Shown: piece after piece, positions 46,055-58,708 of the stretch
Position numbering within the stretch: position 1 is the stretch's first letter
How the letters are laid out: every line of letters begins with the position of its first letter
Assembly: GCA_951406725.2 (NCBI GenBank)
Contig: OX597823.1
Span: 89,652,001-89,716,000, forward strand
Direction: 5' to 3'
From: Octopus vulgaris
Taxonomy: Eukaryota
DNA: 64,000 bases
Program-made: the position numbers and the translations under genes
The notes under the pieces: generated by a model
Told to the model about the DNA's origin: nothing
The model's input: only the letters and a program-made list of their open reading frames with translations
The model's database searches: none

Positions 46055-46180
46055 GTAGTCCACTTCCCAAGCACATGGTTTCAGGTTCAGTCCCTCTGCA
46101 TGGCATCTTCTACTATATATAGCCCCAAGCCAACCAAAGCTTTGAGAGTGGATTTATAGACAATCTAAAAGAAGTTCTGT
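46055..46180 (+). mobile_element. SINE family B fragment
   Basis: CTTCCCAAGCACATGGTTTCAGGTTCAGTCCC...AACCAAAGC...GAGTGGATTT. Confidence 0.7.
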
Positions 46181-48359
46181 GTGTGTGTGTGTATTTCTTT
46201 TCTGGAATTGGTTCTCAAAGTACATACAGGGGATGTGGACTCAAGTCCCACAAACACCCTTCAACTTGTTCTATCCAAAAGGGTTCTTCAACTCAATATT
46301 TCCATGCTATTATTTATAGTTTTGTGTGTGCTTGAAGAACTAATTGCAAAAAAGATATTCCAGGTTCTCTCAAAAGTTTGTAAATTTTTATGCTATCAAC
46401 AACACACACAAGTAAATACATGTGCATGCGTAAGTCACACTAGTTTGTATTTGATTTTAAATGAAAAAACTGAGGTGGAACTTATGAGTAAATACAGTGT
46501 GTGTGTGCACGCTTTTAAGTCCTTGACTTAACATCATCTGATAGATGTAAATGAGTGTTGCTTGCATTGAGGCAGTCATTCATTTCCAGTATTGTGAAAA
46601 TCAGTCTGGCCATGGGGAAATAAAAGGGCATTCAGTCAAAGAAATTCTACTTCATTCTAACTAGTCCAAAGCATGTAAGCATGGAAAAGTGAACATTGAA
46701 ATAATGACATGGCAATCTTTAGACTTTTAGCATAAAATCTTTGATGTATTTAAAAGAAAATAAAAAAGAGATGAGTAAAATAAATAGTTCCATGATTTAA
46801 ATCATAAAAAATTAGGAGTACAATCGTTGCACAAGGTGGACTAAAAGTCACAACCCTTAGCACCAAGCTGTTGCACCAACTTCATTTTCATGACTTTTGG
46901 CCAACCCTAATAGTTTCTCCACTTAAAGATAATTAACAGAATTTCAGTCAATCATTGCTGTGAAGGTACCTGGCCTCATGATTAGGGTGAAGGCAACATG
47001 GTCTAGTGGTTAGGGTGCTGTACTCAGGATTGCCAACCATAATTTCTATTTTTGGACCAGGCAGCATGTATTTCTTGAGCAAAACACTTCATTTCATGTT
47101 GCTCTAGTGTTGTATAAGGACCAGTGTTTCAAAAAGAGGGTGAGGTAGGATTTGCATTCAAACCTCGTAAAACTCTCACCAGTAATGACTACCCAAACAA
47201 ACCCATAGGTTGGAAGGTTGTGTCCAAGTGGTGCAAAGGTGCCATCCACCAGGAGTAGAGAACCAGTAACAAATGGGCAGATGCTGCAATGTGCTGTTAT
47301 GCTACAGACTCTCACACAGGTACATTGTTGTAATTCATTTAACTCCAGATCATCCAGGATCATTGGCATTCATTTTATAGGGTTAAGGAACATATTCTTT
47401 TAATCATTTATTGATTTCAATCATTGGACAGTGGCCATTCTGGAGTACTGCATTCAAGAGTCGATTTTGGCACTTATTCTATCATTTCCCAAAAGGATGA
47501 AAGGGCAAAAGCATTGGGAGCAAATATAACTGAATATCTCCTTGAAGACAGTAATCCCTACATGGCATCAGTCTAATAAACCAGAAAAAGAAACTGTATA
47601 TTAGATGGTGGTGGCGGTGGTAGTTGTTTGATGTACTGAATTACCTGCTCCTGAATTAACCGGAAAGTGAGTGAGTATTCCACAGACATATGTACTCTTA
47701 ATGTAATTCTCAGACAAAACCAATGTGGTACAGCATATGACGAAGCTGTACTTTTTGAAATACATGTACAAGCCACCCAGTGAGCTCCTATACAGCTCCT
47801 GTCGCCCAATTTCATTCACATGTTTAGGTGATCAACCTACAACTATGGAGAATGTCTTGCTCAAGATGCCATGCACGGAGATTGTACGTGGGGCCCTTAC
47901 GGTTGCATAATGAACCTGACCATTCAGCCATCCTGTGCTTATGTTCACTGTTGTTATTTTTTCACCTTAAGTCAGGAGGGGGAGGGAGACAGAATATCAA
48001 GTTGTTCTATCCATGACCATCTTAATTTATTTTGTATTTATCTAAAACAAAGTACATCAGACTATATATCATCCAATATGTCCTTTGACGTGGTAATGTG
48101 CATGTCTACATTAGTGTACATGTATGTCTCCATGTATGTGGGATCTGAGGGAGTTTTGCTGCTACTTCTAGCAAATCAACCTTGCATAGAAGCCCACTTG
48201 TTGCTTATATACAGAATGACCCAAAGGTAAAGAAGTCTTTTGATCCTAAAAGACTGCTTGTTTAGTAAAGGCTGGCCTGAAGCTAAACACCAGCAGCAGT
48301 AGCAATGTGTAAACCTCACAGCAATATAAAACAAAACAAGGCATTATACTGGTCCCTAC

Positions 48360-48541
48360 CTGTTTTCTGTACTGGTCCAGTGTCACCTCATTGTCTTCCA
48401 CCTCTTTCTTTAGTGCAGTATAAATTTCAGATTTCTCTTTCAACACTTGCTCATACTCCATTTTCTCAACTTGCTGACTCTGTTGTAATGACTGCAGTTG
48501 TTGAAATAATTCTGCATTACGTAAAAGTAATTTATCTTTCT
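48360..48541 (-). CDS. GOLGA1: Golgin-97-like coiled-coil exon
   Basis: TTTTGTAG| (E)KDKLLLRNAELFQQLQSLQQSQQVEKMEYEQVLKEKSEIYTALKKEVEDNEVTLDQYRKQ |GTAGGG; 182 nt, phase 1-0, complements the upstream 103-nt exon. Confidence 0.9.
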
Positions 48542-48600
48542 CTACAAAATAAAAAAAATAATTAATTAATTGATATTTGCTGATGATTAGTAGACAAATT

Positions 48601-48946
48601 TCATCATCATTGTTTTAATGTCCTCTTCCTTACTTGCATGGGTCAGACAGAGTTTACTGAGGAAGATTTTCTACAATCAGATGCCCTTCCTATTCACTAA
48701 CCCTCACCTGGATCCAAGCGAAGTAATACTTCCCCCAAAGCCAAACATGATTTCACAAAATCTCGCCTGGCACGTAAAAAGCACCCACTACACTCTCGGA
48801 GTGGTTGGCGTTAGGAAGGGCATCCAGCTGTAGAAACACAGTCAGATCAGACTGGAGCCTGGTGCAGCCTCCTGGCTTCCCACACCCCGGTTGAACTGTC
48901 CAACTCATGCTAGCACGGAAAATGGATGTTAAACGATGCTGATGAT
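48601..48946. mobile_element. Two RTE 3' ends in opposite orientation
   Basis: Minus-strand copy ~48601-48755 with (CAT)n, and plus-strand copy 48768-48946 ending GGATGTTAAACGATGCTGATGA. Confidence 0.85.
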
Positions 48947-50466
48947 ACTGCTTGAAAACAGTGACACTCATTTACAAGGACAAAGAGAGAATACTTGTGC
49001 TGAAATTAAAAACAAAAAAATTTGATTTTAATTCACTAATAAGCTCTGAAAACTGCAGTCAACTATTTTAATGGGATCCATAGTTTAGTGGTTGTTTTTA
49101 AAACATTTCATCATCTGGCTCTGTATACAATGAATTTTCTCAAGAGGAAATGACCTGAATAACATGTAATGGTGACAGGAGGGACATCTGGCTGTAAAAA
49201 AATCTACCACAGTGAATTCCGTCTGACCTCGTACATGCATAGAAATATGATGTTATAATGATGATAAACAATATCAACAACCACAAGAAGCAGCCAACAA
49301 AATAGCTATAATGTAGTGTTCGAATTGTTAGAAATGGCAGTTAAATATCCCTCAAACAGCCAGATAAAAAGAAGATGAAAAAAGGAGAGAGAGAGAGAGA
49401 GAAACAAAGTTCTAGATTAAATCAGATAAAGTATGATGGTATAAGACACTGACTAAAAGCCAAAAAACAGGATGTTCATGGCTAGAATGTTTGATCAGAA
49501 GTTTAACTATGAGAAAGGAAGGGTTCAGCTAGTGCATTAATCCAGAGGGCAAAGATCCAAGAAAGGGCCCCATGAAATGCTGATGAGAGTAGGGAAGAAA
49601 AGACTACACCTACCCAGAGAGGTGACCTCAAAGCAACCTCATTCTACCTTGTAAAATTTCTGCACCCCTGCCTGTGTGATATTACTAACCAATTATTTTT
49701 GGTCTGGCAACCATATCTAAGATATTCATGTTCTCCAAACATTTAGGAATTGTAAAAAACGGAAAACAATCAACAGCAACTTTTGATGAGAATATTTGTC
49801 AATCCAGGGATTAACCATTTTGTTGATGCAAATACCAAGGGCCAGAAGATAAGTTCCAGTTTCTGTAGGTGTCAACTGGACAAAATACAATAATTCTTCC
49901 TGGATATGTAAATCTAAGTACACGTGACTTGTCAGTATCTAAAAGACATCACAGTCACAGTCCCATAAAAAGAAAACATTTATCATAAAGAAATTGGTTA
50001 TAGTAGAAAACCAGTCAACATTTCACCCACATTCCTTGTGAGAATATATATTCAAGACATATTGTTCTTTACTTCTCTATGGCATCATTACCCCTTCTTC
50101 CTTAAAAGAAAGGGTATGATGCCATGTAAGGACTCTGCTGTTGGTTTTTGAAATTGAAAATTAAATATATAACCTCAGCCATCTCCATTTAAGGAATTAG
50201 CATTTCCTCAGTGCAGCCCCACCCCTCTAATGACCTCAGTAAAGAGTCGATTATTATCATTATTATTGTTGCTTGTATTATTATCGTTTCATTTCCAACC
50301 CATGCTAGCATGGAAAACGGACGCTAAATGATGATGATATAGCTATTATAAGGTAAGTGAGCTGGCAGAACTACCAGCATACTAGACAAAAACTTAGCAA
50401 CATTTTGTCCATCTTTACAGCCCAAAGGGTGGCATTTTACAAAAAATGTAGTTCCTTAATACTTAC

Positions 50467-50569
50467 CTTCTGTACAAAACTGGAGATCTGCCTTAGTTTT
50501 TGATGCTTCTATATTCACAGCCTGCAATTCCTCTAAAGCTGCATTGAGTTGTTTTTCCACAGCTTCTAG
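50467..50569 (-). CDS. GOLGA1: Golgin-97-like coiled-coil exon
   Basis: TTTTCAG| LEAVEKQLNAALEELQAVNIEASKTKADLQFCTE+G |GTAAGT; 103 nt, phase 0-1. Confidence 0.9.
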
Positions 50570-50968
50570 CTGAAAATGCCAGACACAAAGAAAATAAAAT
50601 ACAGAATCAATAACAAATTAAAATAGTCATATTTAAGAAGGGTAAGGAATCGTTGGTTAGTCTGAGGTAAGCCTTACTTGGGACTACGTGACAATAGTCA
50701 TTTTTATTGAATGGAAACACCACAATGAAAATGTTGAAAATGTTCACACACTGTCTGTCAAGTACATCATCATTAATTTAACATACACTTTTCCATTCTG
50801 GCATGGACTAGACAGAATTCATTGAGGCAAATTTTCTATTGCTGGGTCTCTTTCCTGTTGCCAACTCTCTACTGTTCCTAAACAAGAGAATATTTCCTTG
50901 TGGCCAGATGGTTTTTTTTGTGGAAGAATAGAAACAAACATTGCTGGTTTACAGCCACCATGTGATCC

Positions 50969-51139
50969 AGTCATGACTCTCCCATTTTTTCTTTTTTCAT
51001 TTACATCACTTTCCAACTACACTGACCCCTCTCTTCTAAAATGTGAGTAGCCATGTTGCTCCTCTACAGCAAACAACTTGTTCTGCTCCAGCCCTTTCTT
51101 ACATAGCTTTACCCCTCTCTACTCTTTATTCTACCATAA
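50969..51139 (+). repeat. Near-identical direct repeat, copy 1 (copy 2 at 53262-53417)
   Basis: AGTCATGACTCTCCCATTT...TCACTTTCCAACTACAC...CTCTTTATTCTACCATAA at both loci. Confidence 0.92.
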
Positions 51140-51224
51140 TGTGATGTCAAGAATCAAAGGAGGGGTGCACACACGTGTGCATGCGTGCACAAACACACAC
51201 ACAATAAGCTTCTTTGTTTCATAA

Positions 51225-51480
51225 TCGTCATTTAACATCCATTTTCCATGCCGACATGGGTTGGACAGGTTAACAAGAAGTGAGAAGCCAGAACGCTGCA
51301 CCAGACTCCAACTGTCAGTTCTGACATGGTTTTTTTATGACTGGATGCCCTTCCTAATGCCAACCATTTTACAGAGTGGGTGCTCTCTACATGTCGCTCA
51401 CCAGCACCATCTACCAAATCCTTCACAAGGCTTTGGTTGGCTCAGGGCTACAGAAAACAACACTTGTCCAAGTTGCTATA
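51225..51480 (-). mobile_element. RTE 3' end followed by a SINE family B fragment
   Basis: TCATTTAACATCCATTTTCCATGCC...GGATGCCCTTCCTAATGCCAAC, then TCTACCAAATCCTTCACAAGGCTTTGGTTGG. Confidence 0.75.
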
Positions 51481-51904
51481 CCATGAAACACCACACAATC
51501 AGGCTACTTGCCAACTAAACTCACAAAAATGACTGAAGGTGTTATAATATCACAAGAAATCATAAAGCAGAAATTTCAAGTACAATTCTTTTTTTTTTAA
51601 ATTTTAGAAATGAAAGGACACTGCCCATGACATTTATACAAAGTCATGTTTCTGAGACTGGAGCAGAGAAAGGTTGTGGAGGAACCACAACTCTTGTGTT
51701 TTCCTCAGATAAGAAGAGGTCTGGTCTTTATTATTTCTCAGCCAGTGTGCCTTTCCCTTTTCAAAGATAAAATAACAAGAGTGTATTTGGCTTCTATTTC
51801 TAGAAAGAGAGGTTACCTTGCTGGCTCGTGCAAAGACTTCCTCTACTGGTAATAAAGACTTAGGTAGAAACTCATTTAGCATAATTAACGAAGCCATAAC
51901 CTAC

Positions 51905-51994
51905 CTTCGTTTCCACATTCTCTAGTTTACTTGTCTTCTCCTGAAGTTCACTTAACACAGCAGAATATTCGTTCTCTCGAGAAATTAGTTTATT
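51905..51994 (-). CDS. GOLGA1: Golgin-97-like coiled-coil exon
   Basis: CTTCCAG| NKLISRENEYSAVLSELQEKTSKLENVETK |GTAGGT; 90 nt, phase 0-0. Confidence 0.9.
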
Positions 51995-52089
51995 CTGGAA
52001 GAGACAGGAAGAAAATAGATATTTATTGCAACATAATGGAAAGGAAAGAAGGTGAACAATTTTGTAATATTTAAACTGCTTTTCATTTT

Positions 52090-52480
52090 TACTTGCAGCG
52101 TTTGGTGAAAGAGAAAGTGGCCATGATCCTTGCAGGCCATCCAAGACTAGTAAGGTCGATGTGATTAATGTATTGCAGGTCAACACTTGTAAGAAAGCCA
52201 TAAACAGGGAGAAGATTCCAAAGGGACAATGTTTTGGGGAGCAAGGACTGGGAGATAGCAGTTGGTGCAGGACAAGTGGGGGAACTGAATACAACAATGG
52301 GGATGAAATGTGGAAAGGCAGATGGATCAGAGTGCCTTTTGAGAGTGGTGAAGGTATGAGACCAGTCAACTCTGAGGGACAGAGGCCATTAAAGTAGTGA
52401 TGGAAAAGACAAAGAGGGGGCCAATACACTTGTGAGCCAGAGGCTGGAGTGTGTCTTAATGATTCAAAAGGTTTTTTTAT
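52090..52480 (-). mobile_element. Old CR1/L2-group LINE 3' remnant
   Basis: Broken frames give SLAHK...LCLFHHYFNGLCPSELTGLIPSP, resembling the L-x-HRR...LFYRYY-x-G-x-C-x-SEL motif of such ORF2 ends. Confidence 0.6.
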
Positions 52481-52659
52481 TTCAGTTAGTATACAAGAAC
52501 TTTTTATTTACAGTGCAATTATAATAAATATCACCACACATTCCTTTTCTGAGATAACAATCTTTTCAATCTCCACTAATCAATGTGTACAAAATTTTTA
52601 TGCTGCACAGTTTTTTTTCCATGTGACAAAAGTATGTGCACAGTGAATGCAATCATTCT

Positions 52660-52960
52660 TTTATTTGTTTCAGTTATTAGATTGTGGTCATGCTGGAGCA
52701 CTGGTTTGAAGAATTTAGTTGAACAAATCAACCCTGATATTTTTTCTTTTTAATCTGGTATTTATTTCATTGATCTCATTTCGCTGAACCATCAAGTTAG
52801 GGAGATGCAAACAAACTAAAACTAGCTCTCAAGCAATGGGAGACAAACACACAGATATGCACATGGGTTTCCATGCAGTTTCCATCCAACAAATTCACTA
52901 ACAAGGCACTGGTTGGCCTAAGACTACAATAGACAACACTTTCAGAAGGTGCTGCACAGT
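52660..52960 (-). mobile_element. SINE family B, diverged
   Basis: GTGGTCATGCTGGAGCACT...CTGGTATTTATTTC...CAGTTTCCATCCAACAAATTCAC...GACAACACTT. Confidence 0.7.
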
Positions 52961-52983
52961 AATAACACTAAATTATATTTTAC

Positions 52984-53079
52984 CTGTATTTCGTTTCTTT
53001 CTTCTTCTAAAGATTGAATTTTCCTTTCTAAAAGCAGTTGTTTTGCACTCAATTCCTCTTCATTTTCTTCCATTTGAGC
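52984..53079 (-). CDS. GOLGA1: Golgin-97-like coiled-coil exon
   Basis: TTTATTTAAG| AQMEENEEELSAKQLLLERKIQSLEEERNEIQ |GTAAAA; 96 nt, phase 0-0. Confidence 0.88.
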
Positions 53080-53261
53080 CTTAAATAAAGAATAATTTAT
53101 AGAAACAAAATAATCCAACTTTAAAACGTTTGTTGATGCTGAAAATTTTATAATCAACAAATTTAATACCCACATAAACATCAGTTCAGATCATTAAATA
53201 ATGATTGTTAAAGATTCCAGATTGGCCATGATTAAGCAGAGCTTTGATCAATATGTATTCT

Positions 53262-53417
53262 AGTCATGACTCTCCCATTTATATCACTTTCCAACTACAC
53301 CGACCCCTCTATTCTAAAATGTGAGTAGCTATGTTGGTCCTCGACAGCAAATAACTTGTTCTGCTCCAGCCCTTTCTTACATAGCTTTACCCCTCTCTAC
53401 TCTTTATTCTACCATAA
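53262..53417 (+). repeat. Near-identical direct repeat, copy 2
   Basis: See 50969-51139. Confidence 0.92.
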
Positions 53418-53474
53418 AGTTCTCCAGACCCATTTGGGGGTCCTAGTCTAGCAAGCTGCATTGACAAAAAAAAT

Positions 53475-53945
53475 AAAAGCACCCAGTACACGCTGTAAAG
53501 TAGTTGGCATCAGGAAGGGCATCCAGCAGTAGAAACCATTCAAACAGATACACAAGCATAATACATCATTGTTTAGCGTCCATTTTCCATGCTAGCATGG
53601 GTTGGATGGTTCAACTGGGGTCTGGGAAGCCAGAAGGCTGCACCAGGCCCAGTCTGATCTGGCAATGTTTTTATGGTTGGATGCCCTTACTAACGCCAAC
53701 TACTTCGAGAGTGTAGTGGGTGCTTTTTACGTACCACTGGCACAGGTGTCAGACGAGGCTGGCAAACGTCCACGATCGGATGGTGTTTTTTTAACCCATG
53801 CCAGCGTGGAATAATGCATGTTAAATGATGATAATGATGAGCATCACCATCATACAGTGTTGTTAACAGGAAAGGCATCCCTATCTGAACAGGTTCCGTG
53901 TGAGCCATGCAAGGATGAAATAGTGAAGGTTAAGTGATGATGAAG
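53475..53945. mobile_element. Nested RTE 3' ends: a plus-strand copy interrupted by a minus-strand copy, then a further plus-strand remnant
   Basis: AAAAGCACCCAGTACAC...GTAGAAACCA (+, 53475-53540), minus copy 53565-53790, resumption AACCCATGCCAGCGTGG...TTAAATGATGA (+, 53793-53840). Confidence 0.8.
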
Positions 53946-54754
53946 ATGACATCCAGAGAGAGGTGGAGGGAATGCTGAGCTATAGCTTGGAAATGGTGTT
54001 AAGATGGAAGATGAGAAAATATTTTGTTACTTAGACATCACACTATATGGAGAAGGCGGATTGGAGCGGAATATCACATGTGAATGATATTAAGTGAATG
54101 AAGGGGATCCAACCGCTAAAATTATTGCTCCAATAAACTACTATACTTGTAAAAGTGTGAAAAGTGGAGGTGATGTCATATCTATTTAAGTTTGTATAAA
54201 CACCTTCATGGGCATGCACGTGTATATGGCAACGGATCTCCTTTGTTCAACAATGAGGATTGTTTAACCAATGAAACAACCTTTTCTTGAATTAAGACAC
54301 GAGCGACTGAGCATTCCTCAGGCACGTGCATGGTTATGTCATATCAAGCAGAATCAATGTGACACCATGCATGATAGAGCTGTATGAGCTTTTTGAATTT
54401 GAAGTACAATCCACCCAGTGAGCTTCTATACACTTTCTATCTACTTAAGTTCGCTCACAAAATAAGTATCAACTTGCAGCACATGACATTTACTCAAGAT
54501 GCCACACGGCAGGAATTAACCTGAGACCTTGTGATTGCAAAGTGGGGGTTCATAGTTTGATGGCATGAAACGGTATTCAACAGTTGTACTCAACTGAGAG
54601 GGAAAATGGTAGGGAGAAAGGTGGGTTTATACAATGTGTTGAGGAGGTTAAAATATGATAAAAGGCAGAGGAATAGGCTTGTTGCTGTAGAAGAGATTCA
54701 TGACTATCCTGCATTATATATGGGTGAACAGGAGTGAATAAGACATATATATAA

Positions 54755-54925
54755 TCATCATCATTGTTTAACCTCCACCTCCCATGTTGGCATGGGTGGG
54801 ATGGTTTGACAGAAACTGGCCAGGTAGAAGCCTACACTTGACTTCTGTCTGTCTTGGCAGGGTTTTTACAGCTGGATGCCCTTCCTAACACCAACAATCC
54901 CACAGAGTGGACAGTGCTTTTTACA
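54755..54925 (-). mobile_element. RTE 3'-terminus copy
   Basis: (CAT)n TGTTTAAC...GCTGGATGCCCTTCCTAACACCAAC. Confidence 0.82.
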
Positions 54926-55171
54926 CTTGCCACCTATCTATCTCTCCCTTCTTTTACTTGACCATCCCATTGATATTCTGATCCCTGTCCCTTGTGAGTA
55001 TGCCCAGCACTCTGCCACTATCTCTATCCTGCTGTCTCCCACTCTCTCTCCTTCTCCTGAACCCCAACTTAACAATACAGCCATGCCTGCACCAATGACT
55101 ATAAATTTAAAATGCAAAAGAAAAAAGCAAAAATAAAAGATTATCAAATAAAAAAAAAGAAAGCAACTTAC

Positions 55172-55324
55172 AATTGTCTGGTCAGCAGAAAACTTAACTT
55201 CTTCAAGAGTCATTAAACCAGTTTTTACTTGAGATTCAAGACTGTCAATTTTATTTAGTAAAAGTTCTTCTGTTTCTGAATGCTTCATTTTGATTTCTTC
55301 CAGCAATAGTTCATGTTGTTCTCT
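55172..55324 (-). CDS. GOLGA1: Golgin-97-like coiled-coil exon
   Basis: ATTTTAG| REQHELLLEEIKMKHSETEELLLNKIDSLESQVKTGLMTLEEVKFSADQTI |GTAAGT; 153 nt, phase 0-0. Confidence 0.9.
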
Positions 55325-55428
55325 CTAAAATCAAGACAATGGGGGAAAAAAATGAATTGATTTAAAAAAATAACCCCAATTCAATAATTTTCGGTTTTTG
55401 ATTGTTTTTTTAAAATCTTTTTAATTAA

Positions 55429-55649
55429 CCCTTTAGCATTTAAACCGACCATATCTGGCCAAAAGTATTCTGCCTGTTTTATGTTCAAACTGGCCAGATC
55501 TGGTCTCTCACACCAACCCTACAATATCGTTTTAAAAATTAACAGCTACCTCGTCAAAATCTCATAGCTACAAGATAATGCATGATTAGTTCAAAACAAT
55601 TTGGATAAAAAAGCATTAATTTTGGTAGAATAATGTGAACACTAAAGGG
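55429..55649 (+). mobile_element. piggyBac-like MITE with TTAA target duplication
   Basis: TTAA|CCCTTTAG...CTAAAGGG|TTAA. Confidence 0.85.
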
Positions 55650-56129
55650 TTAAACTGATTATGTCATTCTCTCAGACTCATTTCTTAACCTTTTTGTTAC
55701 CATATTTCTATTGAAATGCACTGCTTTGTTCCAATCAGTTTTGAGGGGGAAAAATGAAGTATTTAGTAAAAAAAAACTATCCTTGTTAATCTGGTGTTTG
55801 AAACTTGATGAAATTTTGATGGAAGGTTTTAATTTAATCACTTTAAAACAGCACCTTGTAAATCACTTTGTAACATAGGGCTAGGGGTGGCCCCAGGTGA
55901 ATTAGTATCACAAAGGTTAAATCACACCCTACCATCATCGGATGATGTAGGCTGGGATTTACTATGTTTAAATACAAAAACGAGTGGATGGTCATGGCTG
56001 GAATGCCTTTGAACATCTGCTTAATCCTTTTGTCATCATATTTCTGTTGAAATACATTGCTTTTGTACCAATATCTTGAATATAATGAAGAATTTTGTAA
56101 AAAAACTGTCATCATTAAGCAGGTGCTTT

Positions 56130-56410
56130 TAAGGCAGCGAGTTGGCAGAATTGGTAGCACACTGGGCAAAGTGCTTAGCAGCCTTTCATCTGTCCTTACG
56201 TTCTGAGTTCAAATTCCGCCGAGGTTGACTTTGCCTTTCATTCTTTTGAGGTTGATAAATTGAATAACAGTTGAGCTCTGGGGTTGATGTAATTGACTTA
56301 ACCCCATCACCACCACCATTTACTTTACTGATCCCAGAATGAAGAAAGACAAAGTCAACCTCAGTGGGATTTGAACTCAAAACAAAGACTGACAAAATGC
56401 TGCTAAACAT
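56130..56410. mobile_element. SINE family A copy (+) followed by an inverted partial copy
   Basis: GGCAGCGAGTTGGCAG...GTTCTGAGTTCAAATTCCGCCGAGGTTGACTTTG, then CAAAGTCAACCTCAGTGGGATTTGAACTCA. Confidence 0.85.
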
Positions 56411-56791
56411 CTCAATGGGAATTTTAAATTCAATTTCTTTACAACTGGAATGGTCTCAGGAGATTTGGTCTCTTAAGGGTTAATGTCCTCCTCAACACGA
56501 AAATCTAAAACAGGATATTTCGTTTAATGCTATAATTTTCTGGACTATTAACTTTATCTTCAGTGACAAAACTATTTCTAAAGATGAAGTTAATAAACCA
56601 AATGATTTATTCACAGAATAATCTTTTATAAGCAATTTTTGGCATTTAGTAAATATCAAAAGAAAGCGCATAATACCATATTTGATAGACACAAATGAAT
56701 TATTGTGTAATTACAACAAATGATAAAAGAAAGAATAAAATATATGCAGGAGGGACAAGTTTAACAAATACTATATTAGCTTAATGTTTAA

Positions 56792-57011
56792 CCCTTTAAT
56801 GTTCAGATTATTCTGTCAAATGTGATGTTTGTTTATTTAAAATGGTTTGAATTAATCATGCATTATCTTGTAGTTTAGAGATTTCAGTGATGTGATTTTT
56901 TAGTTTTAGAATGACATGGTAGGGCTGAGGTGAGAGGCAAGATCTGGTCAGTTTCAATATAAAACAGGTTAAATATTTTGGCCGGATATGGCCGGTTTGA
57001 ATGCTAAAGGG
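56792..57011 (-). mobile_element. Second copy of the piggyBac-like MITE, inverted relative to 55429-55649
   Basis: TTAA|CCCTTTAA...GGCCGGATATGGCCGGTTTGAATGCTAAAGGG|TTAA. Confidence 0.85.
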
Positions 57012-57614
57012 TTAAAAGAAAGACTATTATGTTAGGATGTTAGTCTTTCATCAGAAGACAGAGAAATAATGGGGAGCGGGGAGAAAAAAGCCGGTGAGAA
57101 AGAAAAAAAAAGCTGAGGAGTTGGAAGTCAGGTGGGAATGTGGTTCTGGGTAGGTGAGGGAGTTAGGCAGAGGAGAAATGAGTGTGTATGTACAAGTATA
57201 GGAGTGTATCTGTATTCAGAGAGGAGCATGTAGGGATGGGTGAGTGTATGTATGTAAAAGTGAATAAAATGTGGAAGTGTAGTGGTGTAGATTAGTGTGT
57301 GTGTGTGTGTGTACACATGTGTAATTGTTAGATGTTTGTGAAGTAGTGGGAATTGAGTGTGAAGCAAAAGGGAATGTAAGTGGAATGTGTAGAGGGATAG
57401 AAGTGTGTGAGACATTATACCATGGGAATAAGGAATGGGCATAAGAAGCTGAATGATAAAAAAGATGTCAGTTCAGGGAGAGAAGAGAAAAATGAATTAC
57501 AATAGAGAACACTGGGGAAAAGTGAGAGAGGAAAAAGGGACTTAAAAATTACACAACATTGATGGAAAGCCCAGGGAGGTTGGAAGAAACGTCCTAAGGA
57601 TGGTGAGAGACTAT

Positions 57615-57862
57615 TATCATCATCGTTTAACGTCCGCTTTCCATGCTAGCATGGATTGGATGGTTTGATCGGGATCTGGGAAGCCAGGAGGCTGCATCAG
57701 GCTCCAGTCTGATCTGGCAATGTTTCTACAGCTGGATGCTCTTCCTAACGCCAACCACTCCAAGAGTGTGGTGGGTGCTTTTTATATGCCAGTAGCACAG
57801 GAGTCAGGGGAGGCTGGCAACCGCAACGATCGGTTGGTGCTTTTTACGTGCCACGTGCACAG
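57615..57862 (-). mobile_element. RTE 3'UTR copy
   Basis: (CAT)n CGTTTAACGTCCGCTTTCCATGCTAGCATGG...GGTGCTTTTT. Confidence 0.9.
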
Positions 57863-58612
57863 GTCAACACTTATGTCTATTTCACTACACCTTGTACAAA
57901 TGAATTAGTCTGTTTTCTAGTAGAGTTTTAGATTTTTATTCATTTTTTACATCAATTTTTCTATGCTCACGGGTTAAATAAATGCATTGTTGAGGCACTG
58001 TTTTACAGCTGGATGCTTGACCCACAGAGAAAGTTTCTGGTTACTTTCGGGTACCCTTCGTAATTGTGGTATTGTTTGTAAATAAATGTGTTCATTTTTT
58101 GTCTTTACGTCCGTATTTCCATGATAGCATGAGTTAGATGAATATACTTGCGAGGCATTGTTTTGCAACACAATTCCATTGACTGTTTATCAAAATTAAT
58201 ATTCCAATAATTTATTTTCTAATCATTCACTTTAGAAATGGCAGGCTTGCATAACAAGCCAACAAAAAAAAAACTTTGCAAGAAACAGCAGCCAAATCTT
58301 TGTCAAATCACTCGCCATTTAACATACATGTTCCAATACTGGTTGGATGGTTTTACAGGATCCAAAGACTACATTGTACTTTAATGTCTACTTAGGCATG
58401 GTTTCTATGGCTGGATGCCCTTTCTGACAACAATCATTTTACAGCATGTACTGGGAGCCCTTTTTATGGTACCAGCATAAAAAGTAAAAGATACAAAGGA
58501 CCTTGTAGTCTATACTGGAAGACAAGATGATCACAACTGGAATATCCTTGATCATATCCTTAATAACAAGAATGACCTGGGGTTAAACAACAGCAGAGTA
58601 ATATAAACATAC

Positions 58613-58708
58613 CTCCTTCTCATGTAAAACATCTTTCTGAGTGGCAAGGTCCCAGTTCTCTGATACTCTCTTTTCTGCATCATCTAGTTTCATTTGCAGA
58701 TCTTCAAT
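58613..58708 (-). CDS. GOLGA1: Golgin-97-like coiled-coil exon
   Basis: TTTTCTCATAG| IEDLQMKLDDAEKRVSENWDLATQKDVLHEKE |GTATGT; 96 nt, phase 0-0. Confidence 0.9.

Noticed and set aside
57060-57600. His/Thr/Leu-rich 104-aa ORF
   Set aside because: Low-complexity G/T/A-rich intronic tract.
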